From: an uncultured Candidatus Binatia bacterium
Lineage (GTDB): Bacteria > Desulfobacterota > Binatia > Bin18
Length of the DNA stretch: 64,000 nucleotides
Direction: 5' to 3'
Assembly: GCA_965214605.1 (NCBI GenBank)
Contig: OZ243961.1
Span: 3,424,001-3,488,000 of the forward strand
Under the pieces are notes generated by a model. That model worked only from the letters and a program-made list of their open reading frames with translations. It did not search any database and was not told where the DNA came from. Both the position numbers and the translations under genes were made by a program. Shown in pieces: positions 58,640 to 64,000 of the stretch; position 1 is the stretch's first letter; each line of letters starts with the position of its first letter.

Positions 58640-59700
58640 ACGCTCTAACAAGTGAGCGCGGTCGATACGCCTTTGGGTGACCGCTGTCTCCAAGAGTTCC
58701 GTGACATGCAATTTCGTGAGCCGTCGGTATCGGCCTCTCTTAATTGCGGTCATAACGCGACGAGCGACTCGTCCCTTGTCTATACGATCGCCGGCTGCGG
58801 CTAGTGCCAGCGCCGCCTCTTCGACTTCGGTATCCGTTTTGTTGCCGCACTGCCAATAGGGTGTTCTCTTGGGTGCGGAGGTCTGCGGTCACAGCATCAG
58901 CCGGAATCTCGTCCGCCGTCCACGTCTTGTTTTTCGACCACTTCGCGCGCGTGATTTTGCGGGCCAGGAACAGAGGCTATGCTCCCAGATCGCTGATAAC
59001 ATCTCGAATGTACTCGCGAAGCCACGGCTCGGGCTCGTGATGCGTCCTGAGGATATCCGCCAAATCCCCTCCCCATGATTCTGCCGCCTGCACGGCGGCG
59101 TCTCTCATTTCCACATTCTCCATAGCCAGACCGGCACGAACGAGGCCAGCGTGCCATGAAGCAGTCCCCGGGCTGCTCTGACGCCCAAGGCAACGCAGAA
59201 CCGATCAAGACTCGGGCGCGCTACGTCCAAAGAGATATCCCTCAACCATTCGAGAATGTGCCGGTCTTCGCTGGATCGCAATGCCTCCCGAATGACCTTC
59301 TCGGCTAGATGCTCTATTCCGTCCTCAAGAGGCTCGGCCTCGAAGACCGCGTTGAGCTTGGTCGCAAGCCGTTCTTGCTTCCCGGCTTTTGACGAGGGGC
59401 TCTTTATCCAGGAGTATCGAAAACAGATTCCCGCCAAATGACATGTCAATCGGAACTCCAGGGGTCCGATCGAGGAATAGTTTGCGCACAAGATCCAGTT
59501 CCACTTTTTTCAACAACACAGCGCCTGAAGAAGTTGTGAGCGATTCCTTCCCCTGGATGAATAGGGGTGGTGGGATGTCAGAAGAGCTGGATGATATCAA
59601 AATCAAGAATGAACGCGCAGCGGTTCGTCGGATCTGGTATCGTACCCTGGGCCAGAATAAGGCACCCACCGTCCTGATAGAAATATTCAACGCGGTCGGA
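58640..59700 (-). pseudogene. Two to three eroded cargo genes between mod and res
   Basis: Fragments AFILDFDI; AEPLEDGIEH.AE...EWLR / RDAAVQAAESWGG...EPEPWLREYI..DLGA*; FLARKITRAKW...EIPADAVTADLRT.ENTL. Confidence 0.6.
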
Positions 59701-60334
59701 CGTCAGCTCGGCGTGCCCTTCGGCAATTCCGAAAGCTAGCGACTCAAGGTTTTCCCTAGTGATGCTCTTGTCGAGGCAGGCGATCAACATGCTCTCATCC
59801 ACAGAGCGCGCGAACCTACAGGTCGAGTCCGAGCTTGGGCAGCAGCTCATGGAGAAGGTCCTGCTCGCTTCGATTTGAAGTGCTCAACGGCGTCGAGCAG
59901 GGTTTTTCCGGAGCATTGCGGTCTGGATCCCAGACGCCAATGTTGGAGGTATCAAGCTTGAAGACGCGGAAGCCAAGGTCGCCAGCAAACATGAAGTTCT
60001 CGTTTTTGGTTTTCTCGACGGCATGGCGGAGGCATTCTTTGGGCAGTTCAGCTATATTTCGAGACTTACAGAGCTTGTCGCAGAAATCGGCGGAGGTTTT
60101 CTGATTCTTATTCGTTGGGTCGAGGGGCTCTGAGAGCTGGACGAGAATGTCCCGCCAATTCCCTCCATCAACTGCGTTCTGCCACATTGTTGCGCGATCC
60201 GTCGTCCCTGAACCGGTGAAGAAGTCAGGAACAATGCCTTCTTCGTGCGTTCTTTGCTCAATCATTTTTTGGAGGTTCTCGGTAACAACGTCCGCCGAGT
60301 GCGTTTCCGGATCCTTGACGGTGATCTTTTTCAC
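59700..60334 (-). pseudogene. mod: Type III DNA methyltransferase subunit remnant
   Basis: N-terminus (DPETHSADVVTENL) is joined directly to DFFTGSGTT, ILVQL.EP, DLGFRVFKLDTSN and DLLHELL.KLGLDL; the DPPY region and TRD are deleted. Confidence 0.88.
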
Positions 60335-60462
60335 AGGTCCTCTCGGTTCACAATCTTAGGGGGACGCTCCTTCAGAAATTCTATGGCTTTCAGAAACAGA
60401 ACACAGACGACCAGCATACTCACCCGATCTCGCGCTATTTGGAGACGCCTGGCAAGCGTCGG

Positions 60463-61716
60463 TTAGGCCGGGTCTTCGGTCAGGATAGGATAGGGTCGGA
60501 GGACATCTTCGAGTGGATAGGAGTAATCAAAGAAGGAGAGAGTGCGCAGCAACACCCGATCAACAACCGCGTCGGGACACGAGGCGCCGCAGGTGAGGGC
60601 GATATCGAGCGGGCGGCTAGCCGGTAACCAGCCCATCGTGTGGGTGATTTGGTGGGTGTCCAAAAGAAAGTGCCGAGCCATGTCCGCGGACACAATGTCG
60701 TCGGCGTTTTGGATGAAATAGGTCGGCATGGCCGCCTGGCAGAGCTCGACAATATGGGAGGTGTTGGAAGAGTTATAGCCGCCGACAACTAGGCCGAGGT
60801 CGGCGCCGCGCTCAATTAGCGCATAGGTCGCGTTCTGGTTTTCGTTGGTCGCATAACACAGGGTATCTGAGGTGTCGGCAAAGGTCTCGGCCAAATGGTC
60901 TTGGCCGTAGCGGTCGGCTAGGGCTTGGCTCAAGACCTGGCTAATTTCCCGAGTTTCTGAGGCTAACATCGTGGTTTGATTGACCACGCCGAGCCGTTCG
61001 AGGTGTCGGCTTGGGTCAAAGCCAGGGGAACATTTATGCCCAAAGTGGTCGAGAAAGACGTCCTGAGTCATCACTCCGAATTTTCCCCGGATGATATCAC
61101 CGAGCAGCTGGGCTTCGGCTAGGTTGAGGACAACCACGGTCGGCGCATTCTGGACGCTGTGAGAGAAGGTCGCCCGGGTTTCCTCGTGGGCAGCTTTGCC
61201 ATGCACAACAACCGTGTAGTGGTTGGTGCCGAGCTGGGCGCTGCGCTTCCACACCCGTTCGACAAACGGACAGGTTGTGTTGTAGGTGTAGGGGTCGAGG
61301 CCCCGGGTCGCCAGGCTGGTCTGGATTTCGAGCGTCGTCCCAAAGGCCGGGACGACCACGATATCGTCCGGCTTGAGCTCGTCCCAGGCAACGAGCTGGC
61401 GGCCTGAGGAGGAGAACAAAAAACGCACCCCGCGATCCTTCAGGTCCTGATTCACGTCAGGATTATGAATCATCTCGCTCAGAAAGAAGATGCGCCGGTC
61501 CGGATGTGCGGTAAGCGTCTTGTAGGCGATTTCAACCGCGTTCTCAACGCCGAAGCAAAACCCGAAGTGACGGGCCAGAATAAAGCGTACCGGACCGAAG
61601 TCGAGCAGGCTGGGGCTTAAGTCTTGTTTGCGCGGATCTTGCAGCTGACGCGCCTTTTTTACCCGCGAGATGATCGGGCTCGTATAAAAGTCTGGGATAT
61701 CAAAGTGGCGGGCCAT
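60463..61716 (-). CDS. ispH: 4-hydroxy-3-methylbut-2-enyl diphosphate reductase
   Basis: GFCFGV, IHNP, TTCPFV, HEET, NQTT, DTLCYAT, GGYNSSNT and GASCPD motifs. Confidence 0.95.
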   Translation of the reverse strand: MARHFDIPDFYTSPIISRVKKARQLQDPRKQDLSPSLLDFGPVRFILARHFGFCFGVENAVEIAYKTLTAHPDRRIFFLSEMIHNPDVNQDLKDRGVRFLFSSSGRQLVAWDELKPDDIVVVPAFGTTLEIQTSLATRGLDPYTYNTTCPFVERVWKRSAQLGTNHYTVVVHGKAAHEETRATFSHSVQNAPTVVVLNLAEAQLLGDIIRGKFGVMTQDVFLDHFGHKCSPGFDPSRHLERLGVVNQTTMLASETREISQVLSQALADRYGQDHLAETFADTSDTLCYATNENQNATYALIERGADLGLVVGGYNSSNTSHIVELCQAAMPTYFIQNADDIVSADMARHFLLDTHQITHTMGWLPASRPLDIALTCGASCPDAVVDRVLLRTLSFFDYSYPLEDVLRPYPILTEDPA

Positions 61717-61795
61717 AGCTATTGACGCGCGCGTCCTCTTGTGACCGGACGGTGCTAGCAGATTCGGGTCTGGTTCGCAACTGAGCGCGGCGTAT

Positions 61796-62668
61796 TTAGC
61801 CGTATCGAGCGATCACCTCGTCGGCAAAGCGTTCCAAGGCCGCGTCAGCGCTAGTGTCACGCAGGGCATGGACATTGATCAACAACCGGTCCACCCCCAG
61901 CTCTTGATGGACTGACAGGCTGTCAATACCTTGTCGGTAATAGTCCCAGTAAGCGGTGATTTCAAGCTCGGCCCGATTTCGTCCTTGACGGCGACATTCT
62001 TCGTCGAGCGCTCGCATATGTGCCCGGTACTCCTCCACATCCTTGCCGATCACGTACCAGCCGTTGCCGTACTGCACGGTACGTCGAATGGCAGGTGCGC
62101 TAACCCCGCCGATAACCAACGGCACCCCGCCAGCCTGGGCTGGCTTAGGGCGCATCATAAAGCCCTGCCAGCGCACAAATTCGCCCTGAAAATCGACCTC
62201 TTGTCCGGTCCAGACGGCTTTCAGGGCGGCTAGATACTCGTCCGAGCGTTTGCCGCGACGCGCAAACGGTGCGCCAATGGCGGCAAACTCCTCTTGCAGC
62301 CAGCCAATGCCCAGACCGAGCATCAGGCGTCCCTGGGACAGGTGATCGATTGAGGAGGCCCATTTTGCCAGATAGAGGGGGTTGGTCTGGGGTAGAATAT
62401 TGACCCCGGTGCCGAGCCGCAGACGGGTTGTCGCCGAGGCGATAAAGGTCAGGGCGACCAGCGGATCAATAATTGAGGCATCGGGCCGAAACGGCAGCTT
62501 GCCACTGGGATTATACGGATACACCGAGTCATAGTGTCTGGGAATAATGACGTGCTCGGCCGTCCAGACCGACTCATAGCCGAGCCGTTCCGCCTTTTGC
62601 ACGAACGGAATCATGACCTGCGGGTCAGTGAACTCCCCTAGGTTGATGGGAACGATACCGAATTTCAT
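61796..62668 (-). CDS. LLM-class (probably F420-dependent) oxidoreductase
   Basis: GYESVWTAEH, DP...L.FIA..T.RLRLGTG, GR..LG.G.GW..EE and PKPAQ motifs. Confidence 0.9.
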   Translation of the reverse strand: MKFGIVPINLGEFTDPQVMIPFVQKAERLGYESVWTAEHVIIPRHYDSVYPYNPSGKLPFRPDASIIDPLVALTFIASATTRLRLGTGVNILPQTNPLYLAKWASSIDHLSQGRLMLGLGIGWLQEEFAAIGAPFARRGKRSDEYLAALKAVWTGQEVDFQGEFVRWQGFMMRPKPAQAGGVPLVIGGVSAPAIRRTVQYGNGWYVIGKDVEEYRAHMRALDEECRRQGRNRAELEITAYWDYYRQGIDSLSVHQELGVDRLLINVHALRDTSADAALERFADEVIARYG

Positions 62669-63524
62669 AACCGCTGCCTCCCTTACTTGGGCTCGTGTCG
62701 CTAGTAGATAACATCAAACGCTTGTCTATTACTGGCAAAAACGTTCAGGTCAACCCGGCCGCTGATCGCGGTAACTGGCCCTCCGGCACCGTACTGCTAG
62801 CGGGTCTCGCGGTCGCGGAAGGAGTCGCGCGCTGCTAGGAACAGCTCTCTGCTTCATGTCCGCCGTTCAAGGCTGAGCCCCTGTCGAGACGCGTCGGAAA
62901 AATCATACATGGCGGAGATGACGGGTCGAGTCTGATGAGACTGTTCGATGAGGAGTCCTCCTCCCCCCCCCAACCCACGCTGAAATTGGGTCGGCGTCGG
63001 GGGGCTTTGATGTGCCACCGGACTCCAAGTCAACCGCTGGGCAAAAGGGCTCCAGCCTTGTGGAGAACGGGGTCTATAGAGTGTTCGGCCTATTTTGCAC
63101 CGGACGTACGCCGAGAGAAAAAATGGGAGGGGTCCCGTTTGAAGCTCAGCAGGGCGCAAGTGCGGACAAACGGGCGGTTGACCTCAGCACTCCCCTCTGT
63201 GGCCTTCATGTATACGCCGTCAACCCCGACCAGCCGATGTGGCCCTGGTTGCGGGAGACATCAAGCCCGCGAAGCGGAGAGGTGGTGCTGCTTGGGCAGT
63301 ATCCACACTCCGGCTAGGTAGAGTCGGGCTCCACCGCCGAGGAGCCCCCCCTCCGACCCCAGCGCCGACACTCCTGGCAGAGTGCGCCCGACAGCTCTGC
63401 CCGACAGCGGCTGGGGCGACACGCCCACAAAACAATCGGTGCCGCTTGTCCACGCCCCTCCTCTCGCTGGCTGACAAGGACCCAGCTATGGTAAAGAGCA
63501 GAAACGGTAAAGGAGGATAAGGGC

Positions 63525-64000
63525 ATGGCAATTTTGATTACGGGCGGAACAGGATTTCTGGGTCGGCATTTAACCCGCCATTTACTAGAGCATGGTGAGC
63601 AGGTGGTGATTTTTGACGCGGTTCCCAATCGGCGGGCCGTGGCCGGGGTCGCCGATCAGATAAAGATCATCCAGGGCGACGTGATGGAACCGACGTCTCT
63701 CATGGACGCCATCCGTTCCAACGATATCGAGGGGATTATTCATCTGGCCTATTACCTGGGGACCGGCGGGATGCGCAACCCGCTGCCGTCAATTAACGTC
63801 AACTGTATTGGGACGACAAACATCTTTGAGGCGGCCCGGCTCAGCGGTCTCAAGCGGGTCGTGTATATGAGTTCGGTTGCCGTGTATCCCATGCGGACGA
63901 CTATGAGTGGCCCAGCCCTAGACGAGGACGCGCCACCAAAACCCGACGCCAATAATCCGGGTGGCCTGTACGGAGCGTGCAAGCTGTTCAACGAGCACAC
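63525..64000 (+). CDS. NAD-dependent epimerase/dehydratase (runs off the window; absent from the ORF track)
   Basis: AGGAGG RBS, MAILITGGTGFLG, IIHLA, N..GT, YMSSVAVY and YGACK motifs. Confidence 0.92.
   Translation, partial: MAILITGGTGFLGRHLTRHLLEHGEQVVIFDAVPNRRAVAGVADQIKIIQGDVMEPTSLMDAIRSNDIEGIIHLAYYLGTGGMRNPLPSINVNCIGTTNIFEAARLSGLKRVVYMSSVAVYPMRTTMSGPALDEDAPPKPDANNPGGLYGACKLFNEH

Noticed and set aside
62910-62929. TGGCGGAGATGACGGGTCGA, like the reverse complement of a tRNA-Ser 3' end (att scar)
   Set aside because: T-loop spacing is off by two bases, there is no matching T-stem, and no integrase or partner repeat lies in the window.
62932-62990. CTGATGAG followed by GAAA, suggesting a hammerhead ribozyme
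   Set aside because: The GACT/AGTC stem is not followed by GAAA, and the later GAAA cannot close stem II; the core geometry fails.

Overview
GC-rich bacterial chromosomal segment from a diderm organism (TonB-dependent receptor, lipoproteins). It is mostly housekeeping and catabolic genes: slt-like, copA, two cyclophilins, truA, tRNA-Leu(CAG), valS-nadC-birA-coaX-fusA paralog, DUF465-ilvN-ilvC-psd-pssA-leuA-leuB, glnB-glnA, plsY, tRNA-Pro(CGG), thiO-like, hemQ, ispH, and CaiB, SDR and LLM enzymes. Gene order and content (DUF1329 protein, CaiB/LLM/F420-type enzymes, the ilv-psd-pssA-leu cluster) suggest a deltaproteobacteria-like lineage such as Binatia, possibly host-associated; this is inference, not a classification. 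The intact core is interrupted by several heavily eroded tracts, and nearly all recognisable debris is defence or mobile DNA: a type III R-M locus with cargo genes (57.3-60.3 kb) and a mosaic of MAD8-like ATPase, AbiEii, IS1634 and dynamin-like fragments (33.9-37.1 kb). Signals not shown by the ORF track include a Leu-rich leader peptide with a terminator/antiterminator switch before leuA, a sigma-54 promoter with tandem TGCCT-N7-AGGCA-type sites before glnB-glnA, and imperfect terminal repeats around the IS remnant. An intact stand-alone nuclease-helicase (DUF2075-like) is the best candidate for a working uncharacterised defence gene. No CRISPR array, rRNA or intact integrase was seen. Family assignments come from motif recognition by eye; no searches were run.
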